A DNA stretch of 63,390 bases, the filler included, from Folioceros fuciformis (Eukaryota), in NCBI GenBank assembly GCA_049999805.1. It is 10 parts of 10 records of this genome, joined end to end, with 100 filler letters (N's around TTAATTAATTAA, not from the genome) between each part and the next. Parts side by side here need not be neighbours in the genome. Positions count along the whole stretch, not along the records: positions 31,693 to 45,797 come from JBNGIO010004838.1; positions 45,898 to 55,432 come from JBNGIO010004839.1; 8 more parts are not named here. The stretch is one strand, 5' to 3'. Each line of letters begins with the position of its first letter. Position 1 is the stretch's first letter. The notes under the pieces are model-generated. The model was given only the letters and a program-made list of their open reading frames with translations. It was not told the DNA's origin and searched no databases. Both the position numbers and the translations under genes were made by a program. This document shows positions 39,057-50,451 of this stretch, one piece after another.

Positions 39057-40577
39057 TCAGTCACTTGGAGCATAAACAGTGGCAAGTTGCTGAATAGCTT
39101 GAACAATTGATTTCACCGACTTAGAGAGCTGGTGAAGATGATTCCAAAGATGATGACACTCTTGTTGGAATAGCTCTTGAGCAGTAGCACCAGCTTGCTC
39201 GTAAAAATAACACTGAGGAGTAATGTCTTCAGATTGAAGGCGTGGTGACAAGGGCTCTTGCTTGATTGCTAGAGGTGGAGTAGCTGAAACGTGAACCAAT
39301 AAAGGCTGCTTACAAGGGGGTGTCATGCTCCGAAGAGTTGCAAGCGAAGGTTGTTAAGGTGCACTAGGAGATCTAGAGGAATATGCTAGGTGGGCCCCAC
39401 CAGATACCCCAAGAGCCAATCCTGTATGCACATCAAAAACATATTGAAACTGGCGTTTCAAAACTCGCCCGTTTGCGAGATGGCACCGTTTCGCGAACGG
39501 GTGCTGAAAAATTAGTTTTCGGGCCTCTTTCACGAACAGGTGCCCAAAAAAGGTTTTTAGGGCACCCTTCGGAAACGGGTGCCACCAAGGAGGGGGCGCC
39601 CTCTAGTGAGACACGCGCACCACTGCTCAGCGGCGATCCGGATCTGGAGTCTCCGATCTGGATCGATTCTGGGCGGATTTGGGGCGCACCTGCTGTAGGA
39701 GGGGCGCCCTCTCGAGGCGACCTTGCTGGCTGGAGATTTGAGCCGGCGCCGGCAAGAGCTGAAACTAATTGGTCTTGGATGCCCGCTGAGGGATTTGCAG
39801 AAATCTCGATTTGTTTGAACGTTGGAGCTCTCATGCCTGTAGGAATTTGGATGCCAGATGATTGCGCCGTTGCTGAAGTGCAGGTACAACTGATTTGATG
39901 AGGCATTATGCCCGCAATAGCAAAGGTGCAACTATTCAAATCTTTGATTCATAATCTGTTTGGTGGAACCCTAAAAACCTGCAAATCTGACGAGATATTA
40001 GTGTGTGAGGGGGCGCCTCGGGGAAATGAAGCGCCTCCTGTAATCTCAATGATGGGTCTTAGCTCTCGGGTCCAAAATCTAGAGAGGAAGGCAGTAGCTG
40101 CAGAGATGTCAGCCTTCAACTGCTGATAAGAAGTCTCCTATTTAACTGGCTGAGAACCTTGTGCTGGGAAAGCATGAGAAGGTACCCTGTCCAGATCAAA
40201 TTGAGATAACTGATGATCTTCCACTGGGCTCAAATTAAAACAGTTGACTGGGACTTCTACCTTCTCCATGGATTGCCCAGATGATAAATAGCACTTCTTC
40301 TTATTTGAGCCAGTAGGTGTTCGATCATCTTTAGCTGACCTCTTAGATAGTGAAGTGAAGAAGAGGAAGTGTGAGTTAGAGTGGCTGGAGTATGTTGAGG
40401 TGAACTCCTATGTTGTCGAAAGGATGATGATTGATGATAGCTGCTAGATACATCCCCACAATGACGCAATAGACTGGAGTCTGAACTGTTTGACCAATGT
40501 CCTTTAGATAGATGAGATATCCGAAAGCTTGAGTCTTTGTTAGGAAAATCATTTTGAAGAAAGAAGTTGGATAGCAT
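39057..40577 (-). pseudogene. Decayed extra ORF upstream of copia gag
   Basis: Chain of sense ORF pieces (40577-40257, ~40260-39433 with only two internal stops, 39326-39057) ending in heptads LWNHLHQLSKSVKSIVQAIQQLATV. Confidence 0.45.
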
Positions 40578-41293
40578 GAAGGCTATCTTGCTCCCTAGGT
40601 TGTTGAGAAATGTAGAATTCAGCCTATTATAGTTATGAGAACATCAAGGATGCACTGTACGTCTACTTCTCCTCTCTAATTCTCCATTTCTCCTTGCATG
40701 ATAGCTCTTGTGATTGTTTCTTCTTGCCATGTTGTAACTTTATGTTAAACAATAAAGGAACAATATTTTGTGTAAGGAAGAATGAGTAGAGTGCTAAAAG
40801 GAATAAGATGAAGAATGAGAGAGTGGCAATGAGCTATGAAACTTTAATGAATATAAAGGTTAATCATAGAAGAAGCAAAACTATTTTATTAGAAAAAACA
40901 TGTTTGGTTGAATATAAGGGAAACTATGAATAAGTATAAAAGAGCTTCATATTACAAATACCAAAGGCATAAGAAAGACGTTGCATATTATAAGAACATC
41001 TAGATTCATATCATAATGCATGATGAACTTAGTAATCAAACTTGTGCTATGATACCAAGTTTGTGGTGCTTTGCAAAAGCGTTTGATCAAAGTTAGTGCT
41101 TTACTAATTGATACAATTGATTACAAAAGGTGGGCTTTTATAGCCTGTGTTTTTAGAGTTGTACCTCTTCGGTACTAAATACCAAAGAGTATGACCACGC
41201 TGGGTTTAGCTAAGTTAACCTTAACCAACGCGTTCTGTACTTCTAACTCTCCTGGTGTTCAACCCAAGCCTCTGGTTTGTAAGGTTCCTCCAA

Positions 41294-43999
41294 TCATTCA
41301 GCCCGAGGCCTGTGAGGGCGTGTTGAGTGACATAGGGGAATGGGAGGATCAAGAGGAGGCACTACAAACTGCACTGGGTCATCAACCTCTAGGTCTGTAT
41401 CAGGTAAATTGAGGAAGATAGTAGGAGGAACAGAAACTATTTCTGGGGGCTGTTCTAAGTCTGTTACAGAGTCTGAATTAGTCAAATCATAAACACTAGT
41501 TTGGAATTCAAAGGTGGGAAATGTGCTAAGACATGGGACAATGTCATCAGTAAAAGAACGGTGAGAGATAGGAAATTTGACAACATCTAAATCTATCTTT
41601 GAAGGTAAGTTCTCTTCTGATTCAGGTACTAAAACTGGATATTCATAATTTGCAGGATCAACCACCTCTGCGGGCTTCAAGATCGGGCGCTCATCAAAGG
41701 CAATAGTCCTAGCATGAATCACCTTTCGTGAGGTAGGGTCGAAAAGCTTGTACCCATGAATTCCAGCAATATAGCAGATGAAGATGTGCCTTCTAGACTT
41801 GTAGGCAAACTTATGCCGCAGCTTGTCATGAATGTGAGCATAGGCTACTCTACCAAAGATACGAAGATGAGATAAATCAGGCTTGAGACATGTCCACGCC
41901 TCAAATGGTGTCACTCCACGAAGAGAAGAGATGGCAGTCCTGTTCTGCAGATAAGTAGCCACTTGCACTGCTTCTGCCCAAAATCGTACTGATAGCCTCC
42001 CTTTAAAGAGTAAGGAATGAGTTACATCCTGTATAGTACGATGTCTCCTCTCAGCCCTTCCATTCATGTCACAGTGATAGGGGATTGTTAACTGTCAAGT
42101 GATCCCTTTATCCTGACAAAATTGTAGAAAAGCTATAGAAAGGTACTCTTTCGCATTGTCTGAACGTATGCACTTCAATTGCTTGCCTATTTATCATTCA
42201 GTATAAGCTAAGTACCTTTTAAAATCTCAAATACCTTGCTCTTATGCTGCAGAAGCTCCATTACTGTGAAATGAGACATATCATCTTCAAATACAACAAA
42301 GTAACGAGCTCCTCCACATGAGGTGACAGACATGGGACCACAAATGTCTATGTGGATGAGATCAAGAACATTTGTGGGTCTGCGTGGCTTACCACTGCCA
42401 AAATGGGACTTAGACTGTTTCCCATGTACACAAGCCACACACAAATCCAGGTCAAGTAATTCGGATTATGTAAATCTTGTTACCATTTTTTCTTCGAGTA
42501 GCCTTTGCATAGCCTTAAATGTTGGGGTGGCCAAGCCGGCAATGCCAATGAAAAGCCTTACTTGCTGTTAACTTTGCTCTTGCTGGGTGTGCTGCAGGCT
42601 TGGATGAAGATGGGGAAACAAAATCCAGCAGATATAGATCGTACAGGGGAGAACTCCTAGATATGATCCTAGAGGGAGAGTTCAATGTAGAGATCACACA
42701 CGAGGTACCCTTGAAGGTGATTCTGTAAAGGCTAGTCTTACCAAGTGCCATAGTGCTCACCAAGTTTTTAGCAAGCAAGGGTACATGTAAGGTATTCTCT
42801 AGCCTTAGAGTCCCTCCATCCTTCAAGGAAATTTGGACTGTTCCAACACCCTTGATGGGGACTTCTAAATTATCTCCTAACGAAACTGCTGATTTGTGAC
42901 AGGTCGGAACACGTTCATATGTAACAAACTGCTTTCAAGATGAGCACATGTGATTTGATGCTCCACTGTCAAGAAACCATCGATGTGAATCACGAGCAAC
43001 TGAGATAAGACAAGCTACAAGCAACCCCGGCGTTGAGGCTCTCGCAGTATGTCCTTTAGGTTGCTTTCCCTTTGATGCCTCATCTGCTTTCCGTTTCCTG
43101 CAATCTTTAATCCAATGCCCTAGCTTGTTGCAATAATTGCAGTTGCCGAGCTTCTTCCCGCCTTGAGGAGAAGTGATGTTTCCATAATTGAATGACTAGC
43201 TTCTGCCATGTCCAAAGCCTCCTTGTCCTCTGCCACTACCTTGGCCTCGTCCTCATCCCGAGAACAAAGCAGTATTAGTCTGTCTGCGGGAAGAACCTGC
43301 TCCACTAAACCCTAATTTATGCATGTGCTATCTGTTAGCCTCCGCTTGTAATAAAGCTCCAACTAACCTTTGCACTGTCATGTTTGTTGTAGCAGGTGTA
43401 CTAGCCTTTGCTGGTACAACGATTGCTGCAACCTGTTGGCTAGAGCTCCACTGTTCATAACTTGGTGGTAGGGATGCTAGTAACTGAATGGCTGCCCTGG
43501 ACTGAGTAATTATAACACCACACGAAGCAAGCTTAGCTCTTGCAACTCGAAACCTAGCAACATGTGCTTTGACAGAATCAATCTCTCTCATGCGCAAGTT
43601 TTGGAAGTTAAGTGTTGCAGGAACTTCCGTCATCACGTCCTTAGCTTCGTAGGTGTCTGAAAATAATGACCACACTTCATGTGCATGTTTTGCTAGCTTG
43701 ATGTGTGGGATCATTTCATGTGACATAGTAGAGACCAAAATTGTCTTCGCTTTTCTATCTTTATGATTCCACTTTAATTTATCTATAATTGTCCACGGTA
43801 TAGAGCTACCACCAGGGGACACCCTGTCAGAGGGCTGTCCAGCAACTCGTTGGGGAACACTTCCATCTGTCACATCCATTAAGAGCTTCTCCTCCAGAAT
43901 TGTCCTAACCCTAAAACTCCAGGCATCAAAGTTTGCAGAGGTAAGACCATCTTTCTCTTGAAGTCGATCCATATATGAATCAGCTGCTCCCGTTGCCAT
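41294..43999 (-). pseudogene. Copia gag-PR-INT (degenerate, RT missing)
   Basis: NFDAWSFRVRTIL; CNYCNKLGHWIKDC; WFLDSGAS; WHCRLGH; IHIDICGP; NGRAER; HLRIFG. Confidence 0.92.
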
Positions 44000-44022
44000 G
44001 GTGCCTACAATGTGTTAGGAAA

Positions 44023-44451
44023 CTAGGAGGATTGAACACTCAAGGTAGCAATCTACTCCTTGAGGCATGTGATCTCTTTGAAGTGTTTCTTTACCTCTAA
44101 TTCTATGCCTACCAATGACAAAGAATCTGACCCCTTTTGATTCTCTAAACCATCCATACGGGAAGAAAGACTGTCTTATCTTCTGGAAGACTCCAGGATA
44201 GAAGATTTGATGATCAAGAGAGAGTTCAGGATAGCATCAGATTTTTCAAGGTCCAGAGGTGAGTGATAGAGAGAACAATTTACAGATTCGGGAATGTAAC
44301 TTACTGAACAACTGACTCTATCTAACCTATTTGATCTGTTGACAGACGTGGAGGATTCAAGGCTAGGAGGATCTGGATTATAGGAGTCAATAAAAGATTT
44401 CAAGAACCCGAACATGCTCACGCTATTCGTTTGGTGTAACTGTGTGGGCAA
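44023..44451 (-). pseudogene. 3' part of a decayed extra ORF upstream of copia gag
   Basis: One frame with TAA/TAG interruptions reading ...LSSRMDGLENQK...VKKHFKEITCLKE*IATLSVQSS*, ending ~25 nt before the gag ATG. Confidence 0.45.
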
Positions 44452-44618
44452 GCGGGTGTGGTATCCCTAACAGGCACCCGCTCACATGTATCGTGGCCAC
44501 ATCAATCCCACGGTTGTCGTAGGCTCCCCGGAATCGCTCCCCTCTGAGGTTGGTCAGCTACGTCTATCGTTCCCCTACAATAGTCAACTCTCCTAATCAC
44601 GTACCTACCAATCCTGCC

Positions 44619-45002
44619 ACACGTCTTGTCAGTAAGTAGGCACCATTCCTTCACTTGGAAGGGCCCCAATACCTCCCCTACCGATTTCTACCTCCCTACA
44701 CTCAATACCTTTTCCTCACAAGGCTCCCTACAACACCTTCCTCAACCTACAATCTAGCTGCTTGTCTTTCTACGCCCAACGACCAAGTTTTCCTTTGAGT
44801 CTGCTCCACTCCCTCCAACTGTGTTTATCGTTCACCTACGACATTCAACCTTTCCCAGCGCATACCTTCAACACGTCCAGTCAATAGGAAGGCACCATTC
44901 CTTCACTTGGAAGGACCCCAATACCTCCCCCTACCGACTTCCAACTACCTACACCCAACACCTTTCCCCACAAGTCTCCTCACAACACTTTCCACACGAT
45001 CC
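44619..45002. repeat. Diverged direct repeat, ~130 bp, period ~252 bp
   Basis: AGGCACCATTCCTTCACTTGGAAGG.CCCCAATACCTCCCC at 44638 and 44890. Confidence 0.85.
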
Positions 45003-46139
45003 AACTCCGAGTTTCCTTACGTTGAAGACTCCCAACTAGACATCACAATAACCTTTGCAATCGGCAATAGAAAGGGCCCTCGCATCTCCCCCTTCTACCA
45101 GGATGTCCATGCAGGCTTACGAAAGTTGGTTCACTATTCGAAACACTTACAATTCAAAAAAAGATTGGGGCCTCCGGCTCAAGTTCTTCTTTCTACTTAT
45201 ATAGGATGGTAGACGGGTTCCTACCTACCACTAGCCGCCGCCACCTTTAACTACGCACACCTACCAAGAGGCAAAGACCTACCAATAATTGCTAAGGCAT
45301 TGCGCGCCAATGAAGATTAGGACTGTCGGTGCCGCCGTAGAAGATTTTAAAGCGGTAATGTATATGGTGCAAAGATGCGCGTGCTGACTGATTAAGTTCG
45401 GGGTCTTATATACACGTTACCGTATTTAGTTGAACCGTAATTAACTGTTTTATAGTTTGTAACTATGCGAACCGCTAATTTTCATAACTAGACGAACCGT
45501 GCCCTAATCCCGTCGAGTCTCCGTTCCGTCAACGTGTCGCTATTGTCACAACACTCCCCCTCGGTGCGGATAAGGAGACTGCTAGGCTGGTCAGTCAGTC
45601 TTCGACAGATGGCCTCTTTGGTGCGTACGTGTCTTCAGCTGTTGTTGTGCTTGCTGTCCGCACTATGATGGCTGCTGCAGCTAGCGAGTTGTGCTGTACA
45701 GGTTACATGTGAACTTGTAGAGAAGCGCGATCCGTCTGCTGTGATGGCGCGTGTGAACCTCCAAAGTTTGGGGTAGTAGTTTGTTTTGGTTGAAAAANNN
45801 NNNNNNNNNNNNNNNNNNNNNNNNNNNNNNNNNNNNNNNNNTTAATTAATTAANNNNNNNNNNNNNNNNNNNNNNNNNNNNNNNNNNNNNNNNNNNNCCC
45901 TTGTACAGCCGGCCTTGGAGCGCCATTACTGCTGCAGCCTTTCAGAGTCTTAGGAAAAAATCAAAGGTTCCTGGCACGTTTCTACAATCAGCACTGCTTG
46001 GTTCAGACTTTATGAATTATTATCCTACAATAAAAATCTGACCTAGTGTCTCCTAGACTATCGTGCCCATCTCCGTTGTGGCCGTCTCAGCCTCCGCTCC
46101 CTTGGAATCCTTCTGGCCCTTTTGACCCCGTCGCTAATT

Positions 46140-48227
46140 CAGGAGATCTTCCCACAATACCTCTACTTCGCTCCCAATGTCCACCACCCTTTCCTCCCTC
46201 CTGATCACTGGATAACCACAGCATGTGGTCTTCCACCCAAGCCCGCACCTCCTCCCCGGTCATCTCTTACAGTCTCACCTATGAAGGGTACGCCCTAGCA
46301 CCCATTCGCAAGAACCAGTGGTAACAGCCCGTGGCTGTTAAAAAGTGTAGCCATTAGTTCCTGCCCCCTCCTATTCCAACCATCACATACACATTTAGAG
46401 TGAGCACCTGCTCCCCATGCAATCGAAAGCTAGGGACATGGGTATCTTCATCCCTACAGCGCAGCACTATGGGGCCCCCTACTATAGAGGTCTTTACCCA
46501 CTCCTCCTATTGACAGCCCTGGGGTGGCTGCTCCTACATTCCAAGGGTGTTGCCTGCTCCTCTACCATAAATTTGTTGATAGCCAGTTCCACCACCCCCG
46601 TTCCTCCTTCCGCCACGGTTACTGATTTAGCCACTCTGGTTTCATGTTCGGCAATCGTGGTTGGCTTCACCACGGTTGCGGCTTCAGCCACTGCGGTAGT
46701 GGAACCTTTCCCTTTCTATGACTTCCCTGCCTCACTCTTGACCTTGGCTCTTGCCTCATCCCATTCCCTCTTGTACCTCTCGGCTAACCTTCTGAATTTC
46801 TCCAGGTTGGCCACTGGCTTCTAAGTCTATGAAGCTCTTCAATTGTAGCATGGGTTGTTTTCACTTGATTTACCAGGGCTCCTGATATACCTTGTCAATA
46901 CCTTCAATTCCTCCTATGCCTTGCCCGGCAGCTCGTCACTCTCCCGCCTTTGATCCTCCGCTACCTTATTCCTTCCCTCGACCTCCTCCAACTTTTCCTT
47001 CAGCACTTGCTCTTGGTGTCCCTGCATGCTAAGCCATGTGAGCGCCACGACAACCTGATTGAACAAATCCACCTAGTTTGGGCCATTGCAAATCACCGAT
47101 TGACGTTGCTCCTGTCACCATTCTTCTCCAAACCCACTCCTTCACTCGTGCTACGTCCTTCGCTTCCACCCCTGTTGGTCAATTCAAGGGAGTGGCCCCG
47201 AAGGTGGCCTCCTACCCTTCAAAATTCCCCTCTGCCAACTCTAACCCTCCTACCCCAACTATAGTCTCCTTAATCCCCCGCCCATCATCTTTCAGCGCCG
47301 TGGCGGAGGTAGCCTGCCCTTTTCCCTTTTTCAGCCCTTCTCGCGACCCTGTGGCGGTCCTAGACATGGTGATATGGGTCAAGGTTGCCACCTCTTGTTC
47401 TCCGGTTAGGGTCTTCCCTTTCTTAGCCACCCCTCGCTTTATCGCTTGGCTTTTCTGCTTCTGGACTTTCGTGGTTTCCCCCTTTGAGTCTCCGGGGGAC
47501 TCAAGCTCCCGGGTGCTGGAGTCTTCCTCTAAGGTTTCCTTCAAAGCTTTTCCTCCTCCACCTTAACTTCTCTACTGTTTTCTAGCTGTGAAGGGAGGAC
47601 ATGATTTCTATCTCAGTTAAACACGTGGAGTGCATAAAAACGTGGATCAAAAAAGGTGAGATGAGAGAGGGGCGTGGGGAGACAGCCAGCAAATTTACTC
47701 TCCTCACAGGCTTGCTCAAAAATGATTCTACCCAAGTCCACTTGTGCCCCCAAAACTACCTCATGGAGAAAAACTAGGAAGTGATCTGCCATATGTTCTA
47801 GCTTTTTGCTCTGGAGAAAGCACATGATGCACTTGGCTAGTCCAACCAATTGCTCTGAGACCAACTGCCTGACCATCCACCCATTGTTAACCCTCACCTC
47901 CCCGGGCTTCATGAGTGCTGATGTTGCCTCCCTCATGCTTTTTTTCCTCTGGAGGTCTAACACTAAGCCACCCTCTTCCGCCTCCGTATACTGCGCGAAA
48001 GAGCCCCAGACTTCAATTTTGTGGCCTTTGCCTCACCGTCTCTCCTGGTACATTACTCCTTAAGTAGCAGGCGCACTCGAGCACCAGGGCGGGGTTGTCA
48101 TAGCACCACTTCTTCTGCATGAACTCCAAACCCAACTCCTACACAAGACCACCAACTCTTACTTTCCAGTGGTCCATATTGGGCCACTGCATAGTATAAA
48201 TCATTGGCCCGGGAAGAGATTTGGCAT
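46140..48227 (-). pseudogene. Decayed Athila/Tat-type accessory (ORF2/env-like region) ORF
   Basis: Fragments LGLEFMQKKWCYDNPALVLE and VDLGRIIFEQ, then a K/E-rich linker and coiled-coil-like stretch. Family assignment is by eye. Confidence 0.4.
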
Positions 48228-49535
48228 CTTGTGCCCTTGCATAAGCTTCAATATCTTTTCTAATTACACTATTACATGATGTTTTAGGTGCTATTTGTAG
48301 TCATTAGGCTTCAGGGGGTTAGCCCCTTATGTTCCTATCATGGTTTATCTCGTCTCTAGGGGTAGGTGGGTTTTTCCATCTTGTTCTTCTAAAACAAATA
48401 AGTTTTCATATCTCACTAGTAGATAGAATGAATTAATAATTTAACATAAACAAGGACAACTTTCATATATACACGATGATGAATAAACATATCATATATG
48501 CTCATTGTACTTATGAATATGTACCAAAATATATCAAGCTATGCTGTAGTTTCTCGTAGATGAATTATTGTACAATAGGTGATCACTCAACCATTTACCA
48601 TGTTGCACCTTGCAAATTAAGGTGATCTCATGACTATTTAACATATTGTACCGCATGAGACCGAAGTGACCACCAGGTTGTTAGGTATGTTTCAATGCCT
48701 TAATATGAAACCTCTTTTATGAAACTACAACATATATAAGCATATCTAAAAACCCAAACATCCATAATGCCTTGGACATCCAATTTTCATTTTTGCCTCT
48801 ATGTGCACAAGAGTTCGGATGCAAAACATTCAGTGTTCTACGGTTTTTAAGCCCTTGGAATGCTAAGTCCGGGCTTTTTGTGCCCAAAGCCCCGAACCTA
48901 GGTGTGTAGGGCGCTTAAAACATGGATGTTCGGGTCTGAGGGGGTTACAGGCAAATATAACCCTCAAATGTAGGGGTTTATGAGGTGGACATTTTGGGTC
49001 TTTGGTTGGGACACCTTTTTGAGAGCCGAGGCCCCAAATGTCCCCCACTATCAATCCATTCACATGGCACTAAATCATGAGTTTAAACACAAGCACTACT
49101 ACATACGCCCACTTTATGCAGCTAGATTTCATTGATGTATTTGCAATATTACATATCAATTATATAAGCCTATGACAACACAACAACTAGAAACATGGAC
49201 ATGTCGAAAATTGTAGATATGTCGGGAAGTCTTGATTGCAATAGTACAAGACATTAACATCCTAGGTATATATTGTGGACTCATTTCCTCAAAGAACTTA
49301 TGTTGAGCTAACATCTTCATTTTCCTATATCTTATGACCATAAATGCATGCCCCATTTTCCACAATATATTGGGTCTTTTATGTTTTATCATTTCAATGA
49401 TTGTATTTGCATTTTCTAGTTACCTCACTTATTCATCAAAATATGTAAATTCATTATTTTTAAAGAACGTGGATCACTTGTTTGCCTCTAACGACTAGAG
49501 ACCAGAATTTGTCCAAGGGGAAAACATGTTTGTGT

Positions 49536-49900
49536 CTAGAGACCAGGATTTGTCAAGGGGAGAACATGTTTGTGTTGCTAATGTGGTTGTTATGGAATCC
49601 TAATAGGGATTCGATTTGCGAGCACATCATCTCTAACCTCTTTGGAGGCGAAATGAAGGGTTGTGCTACTGCCAAAGTCTATAAGTATTCTCCCTTGCAA
49701 GATGAACATGTTTTCATCCCCCTTGCTCTCAAGACCCATGAAGACATGGGCAAGCACTTGTCAAGGCTCATCAAAGAATGAGCAAAGGTATACCATGGTC
49801 ATAGGAATGAAGTTCTTTCTCTTTTCACAATGGTGGCATTCTCACAACACCGCGTATCCATTGCTTTGAAAAAGGGCGTTGACCAATGAGGTCTTTAGAA
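49536..49900 (+). pseudogene. Degenerate 3' end (RLE domain) of a CRE-like non-LTR retrotransposon
   Basis: Nucleotide match to 63340-63390 (AACA.GTTTGTGTTGCT.ATGTGGTTGTTATGGA); AKVYKY...FIPLALKT...G; HRVSIALKKG. Confidence 0.75.
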
Positions 49901-50451
49901 CAATGATAAAAGTTCAGATCATGCGACTTCTTCAACATCGGCCTTTTGTTATTTCACATTACAACATTTTAGGAGCAATAGGTAATTTTGGAAATGATGT
50001 TCGAGGGGGCAAATGCCTCTTTTGTCATGTGGCCCTCTTCGGGTTGTTCATCCTCATCTTTAGAGTAGATAGAATTTTTCATCTATGTTTTCAGTATGTA
50101 GATAGAATTTTCCATCTATGTTTTCAATTTGTATACTATCTTTACTAGTATGCACGTTTATTCTAAAGCGATCCGAACATTCTGATTTTTTTAAGACAAG
50201 AACATAGGCGAATACAAAAGGCAAGGAGTTCTTTATGAATTCTAATGTCATATTATATAATCATTGAGCTATCTTCTAGAATGCACAATATAATGAATTT
50301 ATAAGTTAATTGATATAATAATATGAGCTACTTTACATAAACAATTTTGAACCTAAACTTTCACAATAATTAATTAAACACATTATAATGTCACTCACAA
50401 ATTTGCATAATGAAGCAAACTTTTTACATTTGATACATATAGGCTTCAACA

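Noticed and set aside
48831-49080. CAGTGTT possible hAT/MITE terminal repeat
   Set aside because: No matching inverted end or 8-bp TSD found by eye.
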